Translations under genes and position numbers: made by a program
The notes under the pieces: generated by a model
The model's database searches: none
Seen by the model: only the letters and a program-made list of their open reading frames with translations
What the model was told of the DNA's origin: nothing
DNA from: Nitrososphaerota archaeon
GTDB taxonomy: Archaea > Thermoproteota > Nitrososphaeria > Nitrososphaerales > Nitrosopumilaceae
Reading direction: 5' to 3'
Length of the DNA stretch: 48,392 bases
NCBI GenBank assembly: GCA_028820595.1
Contig: JAPPIP010000102.1
Coordinates: 1 to 48,392 of the forward strand
Shown: positions 1 through 8,613 of the stretch, in pieces
Layout: each line of letters begins with the position of its first letter
Position numbering within the stretch: position 1 is the stretch's first letter

Positions 1-84
1 TATGATCATATATAGGCACATGCTAAAGGAGGAACTACTTACCGGACAAGGCAGGGCGGCGGCCGGCAACAGGGCCTGCCGGCG

Positions 85-621
85 ATGCAAAATCCGCCAA
101 GGCCAATCGGCAGGCTTTTACCTCCGTGCGCCGGATACCGCACAGCCTTGAGCCGCGCAAAGACTGCACTTGCCGTGATAGTGGCACTGCTGGTGGCAGG
201 CTTGGTTGTGGGGGCGCTCGTACCGGAAGGGGAGACGGAACCCGGCATTGGCGCGCCCCGGGACGGCGGAGGGGATGAGATCTTTCACGTCAGACTGGCA
301 GAGCCCGGTATGTACTCGGGCGGTGTGTACACCGGCTCGTTTGAGGCGCCCGGCGGCCAGTACGCGTTTGACTTTGTGCCAAACGGGAGCAGCCCCGAGA
401 TCCTCTCCATTACGCTGGAGGGCGGCGGAGGCGATCCCGAGTACCGCGAGGACTTTGTGCTGGAGGGAACCAAGCATGAGGCGCTTCTTGGAGAGTACTA
501 TACGTGGGAGTATCTGGGACAAAAGGACGTAGCCATGCAGGACGGCGGCACGGTCTCCATTACGATAGACCCCCACGGCGACACACTGGGCTCTGTGTCC
601 GTATACCTGTATGAGAATTAA
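85..621 (+). CDS. hypothetical membrane-anchored/secreted protein
   Basis: ORF with an N-terminal hydrophobic helix (LAVIVALLVAGLVVGALV) and an acidic beta-rich ectodomain; host-like codon usage; true start uncertain. Confidence 0.6.
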   Translation: MQNPPRPIGRLLPPCAGYRTALSRAKTALAVIVALLVAGLVVGALVPEGETEPGIGAPRDGGGDEIFHVRLAEPGMYSGGVYTGSFEAPGGQYAFDFVPNGSSPEILSITLEGGGGDPEYREDFVLEGTKHEALLGEYYTWEYLGQKDVAMQDGGTVSITIDPHGDTLGSVSVYLYEN

Positions 622-753
622 GGGGTGGCGCAACCCCTCTGCTACAGAACAATGAGAGATTTCCTCTCCGTTCGGGAAACCAAGTCCCTTGGCCATTTCG
701 TTCTGCGGGGTTACGCGCCGTCAGTCGATAGAACTTGCATCCATCGGCATCAA
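622..753 (-). ncRNA. candidate structured non-coding RNA (long stem topped by a 4-way junction, plus a 5' hairpin flanked by C/D-like boxes)
   Basis: Stems 628-637/707-716, 644-650/700-706 and 726-732/740-746 all contain G-U wobbles on the minus strand that are A-C mismatches on plus; TATA-like TTAAATA at 779-773 with an A-rich BRE upstream. Confidence 0.5.
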
Positions 754-1046
754 TCTAACTACTAAATCTAGGTATTTAACATTTTTTCCACCATCTCATA
801 TTTTTTAGGGCTGTTTTTAGAAAAAATTGCATCATTTCTGCAGCATGCCAACGTGGCGGCAGGGATGGATCTCAGGGGCCTGAATGAGGCCGTTCACCCG
901 GGGGCGCCACACGTGAATTCCGGAACTCCGATGCCCGCCAAGACGGATCTAGGCAGCCGGCCTGAAAGGGGTGTGGAACGGCCGCGCCCGGGCCTGCGAG
1001 GTCCCCGCACTCCGACATTTATTACGGCAGGGCCATGCCAAGTCGC

Positions 1047-1253
1047 ATGATGAACAGAAAGGCAAAGGCCAAGCTGATCATACTCTTGGGAATCATATGG
1101 GTAATCATAACCCTGCCGCTGCCCTGGATCGTAAACAACCCGGAGGTCTCCGAGTCACAGTTCAATACCATACTTGGCATCGTGGGCGTCATGTCGATAC
1201 CGTTCGTCGTCCTGGGCGTGGTCTGGACGCTAAAGCCGGAGCTGACGACATGA
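1047..1253 (+). CDS. small two-TM membrane protein
   Basis: MMNRKAKAKLIILLGIIWVII, two hydrophobic helices; TATA-like TTTATTA at 1018-1024; its stop overlaps the next ATG (ATGA). Confidence 0.7.
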   Translation: MMNRKAKAKLIILLGIIWVIITLPLPWIVNNPEVSESQFNTILGIVGVMSIPFVVLGVVWTLKPELTT

Positions 1254-2125
1254 GCCGGCCTGTGCTGGCGCCGGATCCGCCGCCGATAAAAGATGCGGCC
1301 CCAGAGCTCGGCGCCGCGCTCGAGGCAGTAACCAGTGCGGGCGCCGTGGTCCTCGACATATACCACAAGAACGCCGGCGGCTCCGAGGAGAAGGAGGACG
1401 GCTCGCCTGTCACGGAGGCCGATCTTGCAAGCCACAGAATACTGACAGAGCTGCTGTCAAAGACGGGGCACGCGATACTGTCCGAGGAAGACGCGGACCA
1501 GTGGATCCTGCGCGCGGACAGAACGGGATCAGAGACGGTGTGGATAGTGGACCCGCTCGACGGCACGTCCGACTTTATAGACAGGACCGGCGAGTTTACC
1601 ATAATGGTGGCGCTCATAAAAGAAAAGAAGCCCGTACTGGGTGTCATACTGCGGCCCACCGACAACACCATATTTGTCGCGCAGAAAGGCCTGGGCGCGT
1701 TCTGCCATGACGCGGAGGGCTGGAGGAGGATCGCGGTGACGGACACGGCCGCGCTGTCTGAGTGCAGGATGGTCGGCTCAAGGCACCACCTCACGGACCA
1801 AGAAAGGGGGTTCATAGCCGGGCTCGGGGTAAAGGAGTTTGTGAGTATAGGAAGCTCCCTCAAGGTCGGGATGATAAGCTCCGGCCAGGCCGAGGCGTAC
1901 ATTACGACCACCGACAGGATAAAGGAGTGGGACACGGCCGCGTCGTACTGCATCATAACGGAGGCAGGTGGAACGATGACCGACGTGCGCGGGCGCGACC
2001 TCACGTACAACAACGAGGACATCCACCACAGGCACGGTGTCTTGGCCACAAACGGCGCCGTGCACGGGCGCATAGTCAGCGAGTTTGCGCTGCTATCAGA
2101 TCAGGCCCCGGCCGCGGAGAAATGA
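1250..2125 (+). CDS. cysQ: 3'(2'),5'-bisphosphate nucleotidase CysQ / inositol monophosphatase family
   Basis: Motifs SPVTEAD, LSEE, WIVDPLDGT, EWDTAA; adjacent to cysC; start taken at the coupled ATG 1250. Confidence 0.85.
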   Translation: MSRPVLAPDPPPIKDAAPELGAALEAVTSAGAVVLDIYHKNAGGSEEKEDGSPVTEADLASHRILTELLSKTGHAILSEEDADQWILRADRTGSETVWIVDPLDGTSDFIDRTGEFTIMVALIKEKKPVLGVILRPTDNTIFVAQKGLGAFCHDAEGWRRIAVTDTAALSECRMVGSRHHLTDQERGFIAGLGVKEFVSIGSSLKVGMISSGQAEAYITTTDRIKEWDTAASYCIITEAGGTMTDVRGRDLTYNNEDIHHRHGVLATNGAVHGRIVSEFALLSDQAPAAEK

Positions 2126-2614
2126 CTTTACCTTTTGCGCGCTGTCCTCCAGCGGCTCGTCCTCCGTGTCGACTATGAGATCCGCGTTCTCGGGAGCCTC
2201 GTACGGGTCGTCTATCCCCGTAAACCCCTTGATCTCGCCCCTGCGGGCCTTGGCGTACATCCCCTTGACGTCTCGCTCCTCGCACTTTGCAAGGGAGCAC
2301 CTGACATAGCACTCGGCAAACTGGTCGCCAGAGCCCACTATGCTCCGGGCGTTCTCCCTGTTCTCCGCGTAAGGGGAGACCAGCGATACCACGCTGGGAA
2401 CCCCGTGCCTTAGCAGCATCTTGGCAAGGTGCGCGACCTTTTTGTTGTGCTCGTCGCGCCCCTCCTTTGAAAAGTCCTTGGGGGACAGCCACTCCCTCAG
2501 CTCGTCGCCGTCGAGCATCGCCAGGTTTGGGATGTCCCTTTGGAGATCCTTCACTATGGTGGTCTTGCCGGAGCACGGCAGCCCCGTCATCCACAGCACG
2601 AACGGCCTTGCCAT
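2096..2614 (-). CDS. cysC: adenylyl-sulfate kinase
   Basis: WMTGLPCSGKTT P-loop, LDGD, RDVKGMYAKAR, FTGIDDPYEAP. Confidence 0.95.
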   Translation of the reverse strand: MARPFVLWMTGLPCSGKTTIVKDLQRDIPNLAMLDGDELREWLSPKDFSKEGRDEHNKKVAHLAKMLLRHGVPSVVSLVSPYAENRENARSIVGSGDQFAECYVRCSLAKCEERDVKGMYAKARRGEIKGFTGIDDPYEAPENADLIVDTEDEPLEDSAQKVKSFLRGRGLI

Positions 2615-2693
2615 GACGCAGTGGCACAGGGCCGGCCTTAAAGAGCTTGCCGCGACTGGCAGGGCCGGCGCGCAGCCGGGGCGGGCGCGGGCG

Positions 2694-3248
2694 TCAGGCC
2701 GCCCAGGGCTGCGACTCGAGATGGTCTATGTCGCCCATCAGATCGTCGAGCTTCTTGGACGTGGCCACTACGGAGCGGAACTGCTCGTACATCTCGAACT
2801 CCTCCTCCTTTGAGAGTATCTCCGCCTCGGCCCTGTCAAAAAAGTCCTCCTCCTTTGAGAGGTGGTCGGATATGTATACGGAGTACGCCCTCATGTACCG
2901 GGCAATGGGCTCGCGCGCGTTCAGGTCGCTCCCCTCCTCTTTCCAGCGCCGCATGTACCGCCGCAGCTGCACCGCGACGCGCCTGGAGAACTCGTGCTCT
3001 ACCAGCAGCACGTGGATCTCGCGCCTCAGGTGGTCGTAGCTTGCGACGCACGGAAAGTACGAGTCCTCCTCCCGGGAGTAGTGCACGGCGTCAAGAAACT
3101 CCTCCATTACGCGCGCGATCTTTTCAACGTCGCCGAAAGGGACGCTCCTGCCGTCGTATAGCGCGGTATAGCACTTTGTGACTATGCTGTCGAACCTGCG
3201 CACCTGTATGTGGTCACGCCGCAGCTCCTCCGTCGCGCTCAACGTCAC
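2694..3248 (-). CDS. hemerythrin-like (HHE) domain protein
   Basis: H..HYSREE.SYFP, LVEH, HLSKEE metal-ligand pattern. Confidence 0.8.
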   Translation of the reverse strand: MTLSATEELRRDHIQVRRFDSIVTKCYTALYDGRSVPFGDVEKIARVMEEFLDAVHYSREEDSYFPCVASYDHLRREIHVLLVEHEFSRRVAVQLRRYMRRWKEEGSDLNAREPIARYMRAYSVYISDHLSKEEDFFDRAEAEILSKEEEFEMYEQFRSVVATSKKLDDLMGDIDHLESQPWAA

Positions 3249-3341
3249 GCGGGGCGCAGGCGGGGCTTAATAATGATCGGGCGGCGCGCCTATGCCGCGC
3301 CGCGCGCGTCAAGACGGTAAAGAAAAACTCGGGTAACTGGG

Positions 3342-4244
3342 TCAGAGGTCAAGTGAGTCCTTGAGCCCCTTGTACCTGTTCCGTATGGTAACCTCTGTCA
3401 CGTTTGCCGACTCTGCTATGTCGCGCTGGGTCTTGTCCTCCCCGTTCTTGACGCACGACAGGTACAGCGCCGCGGCCGCAAGCCCCATCGGATCCTTTCC
3501 GGCGGAGACCTCGTTCTCCTGCGCCTTTTTGAGGACCTTTATTGCGTACCTCTTCGTCTTCTCCTCTATCCCGATCCTGCTTGCGATCCTTGCAATGCAC
3601 TGGATCGAGTCCGTGACGGGCATCCTCAGGTCGAGCTCCTTGACAAGCAGCCGGTAGCACCTCGCGATGTCCTTGCGCTTGATGTTGGCGGCCTGCTCCA
3701 CGTCCTTGAGGTTCCGCGGCGTGGCGGTCTCTCTGCACGCCGCGTACAGGGCGGACGCCATCAGGGCCGATATGGAACGGCCCCGTACAAGCCCCTTGTC
3801 GAGCGCCTTTCTGTATATGTAGGCGGCCTTCTCGATCACGGGATCCGAGATTGCCATCTTGTCCTTTAGGCGGTTGAGCTCGCTGAACGCCTGCCTGAAG
3901 TTGCGATCAACCGGCTCGTGCACCTGGCTGCGGCTGTCCCACGTACGGAGCCGCTCTATGGTGCTCTTCATGGTCGCGGCAAGCGGGCGCCCGGAGGCGT
4001 CCTTGTTCAGAGGATTGATGATGGTCGCAAGCCCCATGTCATGCATTGTCAGCGAGGTCGGGGCCCCGGCCCTTGCACGATCGCCGTGCTCGTCCTGGGC
4101 AAACGAGCGCCACTCAGGGCCAGACTCCTGCAGCTTTTCAGATACCACGTAGCCGCAGGCGGAGCAGAACATCTCTCCAGACTCGTTGTCGGTGACCATG
4201 ACGCCCCTACACCTGTTACACAGGTCTTTTGATACACTTACCAT
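3342..4244 (-). CDS. tfb: transcription initiation factor IIB (TFB)
   Basis: Zn ribbon CNRC..CSACG, GPEWR, two cyclin repeats, GKDPMGLAAAALY, VTEVTIRNRYK; start trimmed to ATG 4244. Confidence 0.97.
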   Translation of the reverse strand: MVSVSKDLCNRCRGVMVTDNESGEMFCSACGYVVSEKLQESGPEWRSFAQDEHGDRARAGAPTSLTMHDMGLATIINPLNKDASGRPLAATMKSTIERLRTWDSRSQVHEPVDRNFRQAFSELNRLKDKMAISDPVIEKAAYIYRKALDKGLVRGRSISALMASALYAACRETATPRNLKDVEQAANIKRKDIARCYRLLVKELDLRMPVTDSIQCIARIASRIGIEEKTKRYAIKVLKKAQENEVSAGKDPMGLAAAALYLSCVKNGEDKTQRDIAESANVTEVTIRNRYKGLKDSLDL

Positions 4245-4404
4245 GGCTATTAACCTCAAAAAGTGGTCTTTATTAATCATGAACTCATTCGGGGTACGGC
4301 GGGCGCCGCATGCACGCACACGCCAAGGCGCCCGTGCGTCCGCAGCCACGGGGGGGGGGATCTGCAGGCAGTGTATTATTATCAAACCGCCACCACAAGG
4401 AGGC

Positions 4405-5478
4405 ATGAGTGATCGGTTGCCGTCGCGGTGCGGGAGCGGGGGTGCACAAGGGACGCTGTGGTCACCACCACCACCACCACCGTCACCACCACGATCACTG
4501 TCGTCATTGCCGCCGCCTCCAGTGCTGGCACTCGTGGTAATGGCAGTGGCCGTCGCATATGCAGGGGCGTCCGTGCAGCACGCGGCGCACGCAGAGGTGG
4601 GATCCCTCGTGGACGCGCACTCCGTGGAGGGCGGAATAAACATAGAGATAACATATCCTGACGGCCTAGTTGCGGGAAGGGAGGGGACCGTCTCCATCCT
4701 CGTCAAGAACAACGGCTGGGAGGACAAGCAGGACATCTCCTTTGAGGTATCGCTGTCCGACGATAGGGCGGTCGGCGCCGACCCCCCGGACGTCCTGGCC
4801 ATAGGGCGGCTGGCCGAGGGCGGCTCGTACGGCGAGAGCATAGCCATATCCGCGGCCGGCGACGCGGGCCCCGGCACGCACTACCTGAACCTGCGTTACA
4901 CTCACGTCCTGGTTGCAAACAACGAGGAGCCCCAGGCGCCGTTCTTTTACGACATGGCGGTCCCGATCAGGATAAAGGCGGACGCGAGCGTCAGCATCCG
5001 CACGCAGATGCCAGAGTCGATATTCGGCAACGCCGAGTTCCCAATTACGGTCGAGGTTTTATCAAACGACATTGATCTCAGGGACGTGCGGATCAGGATA
5101 ATCCCGCCGTCGGACATCGAGTTCCGGGGCGAGACACTGCACGCGTTCTCAAAGATAGAGAGGGGGGTGCCCGTCAGCATAACCTCGAGAATAGTCACGC
5201 CAGCAGATGAGGTACCCACAGAGTACAAGCTGCCGTTTGAGATCACGGTCCAGTACGTGGACGACGTGGGGGAGGCGCAGTCCGACGCGCAGACCGTGTC
5301 GACCGTGCTGCGGCCCAGGATGTTCATGGAGCTTACCGCCGAGTGGGGCATATGGCTGGGAAGTGTATTCATCGCGCCCTACGTGAGCATAGGCACGATA
5401 GCGGGGATCCCCGCGGGCGCGGTCATCTCAATCCTGCTAAAGCGAAGGTTCGGCGGGGACGGGAGGCGCAAGGGGTAA
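4405..5478 (+). CDS. cell-surface protein with Ig-like domains and C-terminal TM anchor (COG1361/S-layer-like)
   Basis: Hydrophobic signal segment, beta-rich acidic body (VSILVKNNG), C-terminal TM followed by a KRR tail; start uncertain. Confidence 0.6.
   Translation: MSDRLPSRCGSGGAQGTLWSPPPPPPSPPRSLSSLPPPPVLALVVMAVAVAYAGASVQHAAHAEVGSLVDAHSVEGGINIEITYPDGLVAGREGTVSILVKNNGWEDKQDISFEVSLSDDRAVGADPPDVLAIGRLAEGGSYGESIAISAAGDAGPGTHYLNLRYTHVLVANNEEPQAPFFYDMAVPIRIKADASVSIRTQMPESIFGNAEFPITVEVLSNDIDLRDVRIRIIPPSDIEFRGETLHAFSKIERGVPVSITSRIVTPADEVPTEYKLPFEITVQYVDDVGEAQSDAQTVSTVLRPRMFMELTAEWGIWLGSVFIAPYVSIGTIAGIPAGAVISILLKRRFGGDGRRKG
4463..4492 (+). repeat. (CCA)n-type microsatellite encoding poly-Pro
   Basis: caccaccaccaccaccaccgtcaccaccac. 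Confidence 0.8.
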
Positions 5479-5496
5479 CAGGGCCGGGCGCGGCCG

Positions 5497-5826
5497 TCAC
5501 TTGCCGGCGCCGTCCGGCTCCGGCGCCCCGCCGTCGCGCCTTGCGCGTATGGCATCCGTATACCTCCGGCTGTACTCGTTGAAGAGGCGTATCTTGTCCT
5601 GGGCCAGCGCCATGGCGCCGGGCCTGCCGTTGACGGCGGAGTCTGCGTCCGCCTGTTCTGCAAGCAGCCGCCGGAGCTCCTCCGCGCCGGCGCCCGCAAG
5701 TCCCGCCAACAGCACCTCGAGCTCGGCGGCAAGCATGTCCCTGGTGTCCGGAACGGCGGGCGGCCGGGCGCCGATGATCTCCCTTGCCATTATGCGCCCG
5801 AACACCCTCCTGTCTAGATCCAGCAA
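5497..5826 (-). CDS. hypothetical protein
   Basis: Helical ORF (GAMALAQDKIRLFNEYS) with host-like codons; TATA-like element about 25 nt upstream. Confidence 0.6.
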   Translation of the reverse strand: MLDLDRRVFGRIMAREIIGARPPAVPDTRDMLAAELEVLLAGLAGAGAEELRRLLAEQADADSAVNGRPGAMALAQDKIRLFNEYSRRYTDAIRARRDGGAPEPDGAGK

Positions 5827-5910
5827 CGCATGGCCGCGGCGCAGAGGCCGTATAAAAGGCGCGGCGTCCCTTAACTACAATTTTATAGGTTTGAATTTTC
5901 CGCCCTGACA

Positions 5911-6102
5911 ATGGTTCTCAACCTGAGGTGCGCAGACTATGGCTTTGAGTGCGGTTTTACCCTTAACGCCAAGGCGACCGCGGATACCATCCAAAAACTG
6001 AGGCATCATTTCGAGGAGGAGCACGGGATAGACTATACCACCGAGGCCGTGACCCAGATGGTGACCAACCGCGGGCACACGCTGGACTCCATAAGGCGCT
6101 AG
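5911..6102 (+). CDS. small metal-binding protein (DUF1059-like)
   Basis: LRCADYGFECGF...HFEEEHG pattern; TTTTATA at 5881-5887. Confidence 0.8.
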   Translation: MVLNLRCADYGFECGFTLNAKATADTIQKLRHHFEEEHGIDYTTEAVTQMVTNRGHTLDSIRR

Positions 6103-6136
6103 GCCGTTCCCCGCTCGTCATCCGGCTTCTCCCGGA

Positions 6137-6634
6137 CTAGGGAGATGGCCTTTGCGCGTCTTGCGCCCCGTCCCCGTTCCCCCGTCCCCGGCCTGCGGCG
6201 GCGGCGTTATCCACCTTGCCGGTGCCGCCGCACGAGGCGCACGCGTACCTGCGCGTCTTGCGGAACAGCATGCCCGTCTTGCGCTCTAGATATCCGTCCC
6301 CGCCGCACGAGGCGCACCGCACCGGCGGGCGGGCCCGGGGTCTGCTGCGGCGGCGTGTCGCTTGGCGGGCGGCCCTGCCCTTCTTGGACGGATCCTTGCG
6401 CGTATACTTGGCCGACTGCTTCCTGACGTGGCCGCTCTTGCGCTTCATGCCCGGCACCGCGCCTTGGGGGCCCGCTATGCTGTTGTACGCCCACACCACC
6501 ATCTTGTACATCTCAATGTCGCCCGAAGGCCTGTCGGGGTGGTACCTCAGTATGCAGCTGCGGTACTTGGCCTTGATCGTCTCGGGGGGATCCAGCGGCG
6601 AGGCTCCAAGTACGTCATACGGGTCCGCATTCAT
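6137..6634 (-). CDS. J-domain protein with C-terminal CxxCxGxG zinc finger
   Basis: DPYDVLG..YHPD J-domain; CASCGGDG and CASCGGTG; start at ATG 6634. Confidence 0.8.
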   Translation of the reverse strand: MNADPYDVLGASPLDPPETIKAKYRSCILRYHPDRPSGDIEMYKMVVWAYNSIAGPQGAVPGMKRKSGHVRKQSAKYTRKDPSKKGRAARQATRRRSRPRARPPVRCASCGGDGYLERKTGMLFRKTRRYACASCGGTGKVDNAAAAGRGRGNGDGAQDAQRPSP

Positions 6635-7019
6635 GGCAGGCGATTCCGGTACGGCGGCAGTATATTCATGTCTTGGGTTGCCGCCGCCGCCGGTCCCCCG
6701 CCACGACCAGTCCTTTGGCAAGAGCGCGGGCTCGCATGCGGCGACCAGATCCGAAGGCTTGGGCGAACAGGCATGATATTTCAAAAAGTCCTGTGGGGCG
6801 CTCGTTGGCAGTACGCGAATAATAAAACTCCCGGCGCCCGCCGGTCTAGAATAGTTACCAGACCAGCGTCGACTTTTCAACTGCGGGTCTATGCCTTGCG
6901 CCAATGCCGCCCGTACGGGTACAGATCCGCCTTGTAGGTCACGGGTCGGATCTTGCAGGCAAAAAGGCACTCCAGATTTGGATACACCTCCTTATATAAC
7001 GCAGGGCGTAAGGGTATGT

Positions 7020-7685
7020 ATGGCCGCTATGCTGACACCAGACCAGCAGGTGGGCGTGGAGAGACGCGGGGGCGCCGTGCGCGGCGCCGCCGCGGGCCAC
7101 GCGGGGCACGACATGGACGACCTGTACTGGCTGAACCCCGCTGTCGCCAGCGCTGCCATCACCGCGGCTGGCATACTTACGAGGCTGGAACTTGCAACGG
7201 ACGCGCTTGACTCCGCGATTGCGTCCATAAGGGGGCAGATACGCGACATACGCGGGCGCAACAGGAGGCTGGCCCCCAGGTACGACCCCGGCAACGAGGT
7301 GCACGCCAAGTCGATGGGCCTGGAGCACGTGATGTCCGTCATGCTCGAGGCGCTGATCCGCGCGCGCCAGAGAATGGTGACGCCTGCCACGGCGCGCCAG
7401 ATGCCCCGCACGCTGCTGCCTGCGCTGTATGTGGTGCGCACCGCACACATGCAGCTGTCCCAAGACGCGGCGCCCGGGTGCCAAGAAAGCCTGCACGACG
7501 CATCGGCCCACCTGGGCGGCATCATCCTCGACGCGGCCACGATATCAGGCTCCAACCTGAACCTTGGCCGGTCCAACGCGGAGGTCTCGGCAATATTCAG
7601 TCAAGCGAGGTTGACTGTCGACTCTAAGTTAAGAAAGCAGTACGACAAACTGGAGATGCCGGCAGCATGCAGGCGATACTGCTAG
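7020..7685 (+). CDS. hypothetical helical protein, divergent CdvB/Snf7 (ESCRT-III)-like
   Basis: C-terminal half (TLLPALYVVR..LGGIILD..SNAEVSAIFSQA..VDSKLRKQY) parallels the archaeal CdvB pattern as I recall it; TATA CTTATATA at 6991-6998. Confidence 0.5.
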   Translation: MAAMLTPDQQVGVERRGGAVRGAAAGHAGHDMDDLYWLNPAVASAAITAAGILTRLELATDALDSAIASIRGQIRDIRGRNRRLAPRYDPGNEVHAKSMGLEHVMSVMLEALIRARQRMVTPATARQMPRTLLPALYVVRTAHMQLSQDAAPGCQESLHDASAHLGGIILDAATISGSNLNLGRSNAEVSAIFSQARLTVDSKLRKQYDKLEMPAACRRYC

Positions 7686-7952
7686 GCGGGGCACGGACTA
7701 ACGGCGGCACGCTATGCAAAATGCATCCCCGTATCATCATATCTGCGTCCTGTCGTTCGGTATTACAGATTTGTGCGTTCTACCGGTGCGGCGGCGCAGG
7801 TGACGCTTGTAAGGCAGCTAGAAGTACTGCAAGGACGGGGGGATTCCTAGGGGAACGGGCGCGGCGGCCTAGTACGGAAAGCCGACCCGATAGCCATGCA
7901 CTGCGCATGGCGGCCAAACAGGCAAAGAAAAAGAAGGGGTGGTGCGGAGGAC

Positions 7953-8507
7953 TCAGTCTACCTTGACCGTCTTTCCGCGGTTTGCGCCTTCGGCCAAGCC
8001 GAAGGTGATCTGGAGAATGCCGTTGCGGTAGGATGCCTTGGCAGAGTTGGCGTTGACCTTGCGCTCAAGCGGGATCCGCACTTGGTACTTCTTGCCGCCC
8101 CCGCCCTCCGCGGAGACTGACACGTGTTTTCCCTCGACTGCGATCCTGATGTCGCGCTTCTCTACGCCGGGCATCTCGGTTATCATCTTGACAACCTTCT
8201 CCTTCTCGTCGACTATGGTGTCCACCAAGGGCTCCCTAGTCTCGGCTGCGCCCTCTGCGCCGGGCAGGTGGGCGGGTCGGCGCCCCACGATCCCGGCGTT
8301 TCCGTACTCGCGTACGACGGGGCGGCCGTCCGGCCCTGTAGTCACTACAAGGCCATAGTACCGCACGCCTGGGCTCTGGAGCCGGCCGGCACCCTCTCCG
8401 TGGTCTGTGCGGCACGAGCCCCCCTCGCAGGAGCCTCCCCCCATCCCAAAGAATGGATCGGAGAAGAACCTCTTCAGGAGCCTGTCCGCCTCGTTCTCGA
8501 AGAACAT
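7953..8507 (-). CDS. hsp20: archaeal small heat-shock protein Hsp20
   Basis: YYG..TTGPDGRPVVREYGN, REPLVD, EMPGVEK.DI, AKASYRNGIL alpha-crystallin motifs; AGGTGA SD upstream. Confidence 0.92.
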   Translation of the reverse strand: MFFENEADRLLKRFFSDPFFGMGGGSCEGGSCRTDHGEGAGRLQSPGVRYYGLVVTTGPDGRPVVREYGNAGIVGRRPAHLPGAEGAAETREPLVDTIVDEKEKVVKMITEMPGVEKRDIRIAVEGKHVSVSAEGGGGKKYQVRIPLERKVNANSAKASYRNGILQITFGLAEGANRGKTVKVD

Positions 8508-8522
8508 GTCATATTCACCTGT

Positions 8523-8610
8523 TTATGTAATGTATATTACATAATATAAGTATTATTCCAACCAAGGTATGATATTACAAAAGACTATTATAGCTTACAG
8601 GCTGTAATAT
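8523..8610. promoter_or_regulatory. divergent promoter region with a 9-4-9 inverted repeat (putative operator)
   Basis: TTATGTAAT-GTAT-ATTACATAA at 8523-8544; further ATATTACA (8572-8579) and TGTAATAT (8603-8610) half-sites. Confidence 0.6.
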
Positions 8611-8613
8611 AGC

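Noticed and set aside
853..870. Minus-strand CCCTGCCGCCA resembling a tRNA 3' end
   Set aside because: No T-loop (TTCRA), D-arm or matching acceptor 5' strand found; no tRNA is supported anywhere in the window
2096..2125. 30-bp convergent overlap of cysQ and cysC
   Set aside because: Explained by a non-conserved C-terminal tail; common in compact genomes
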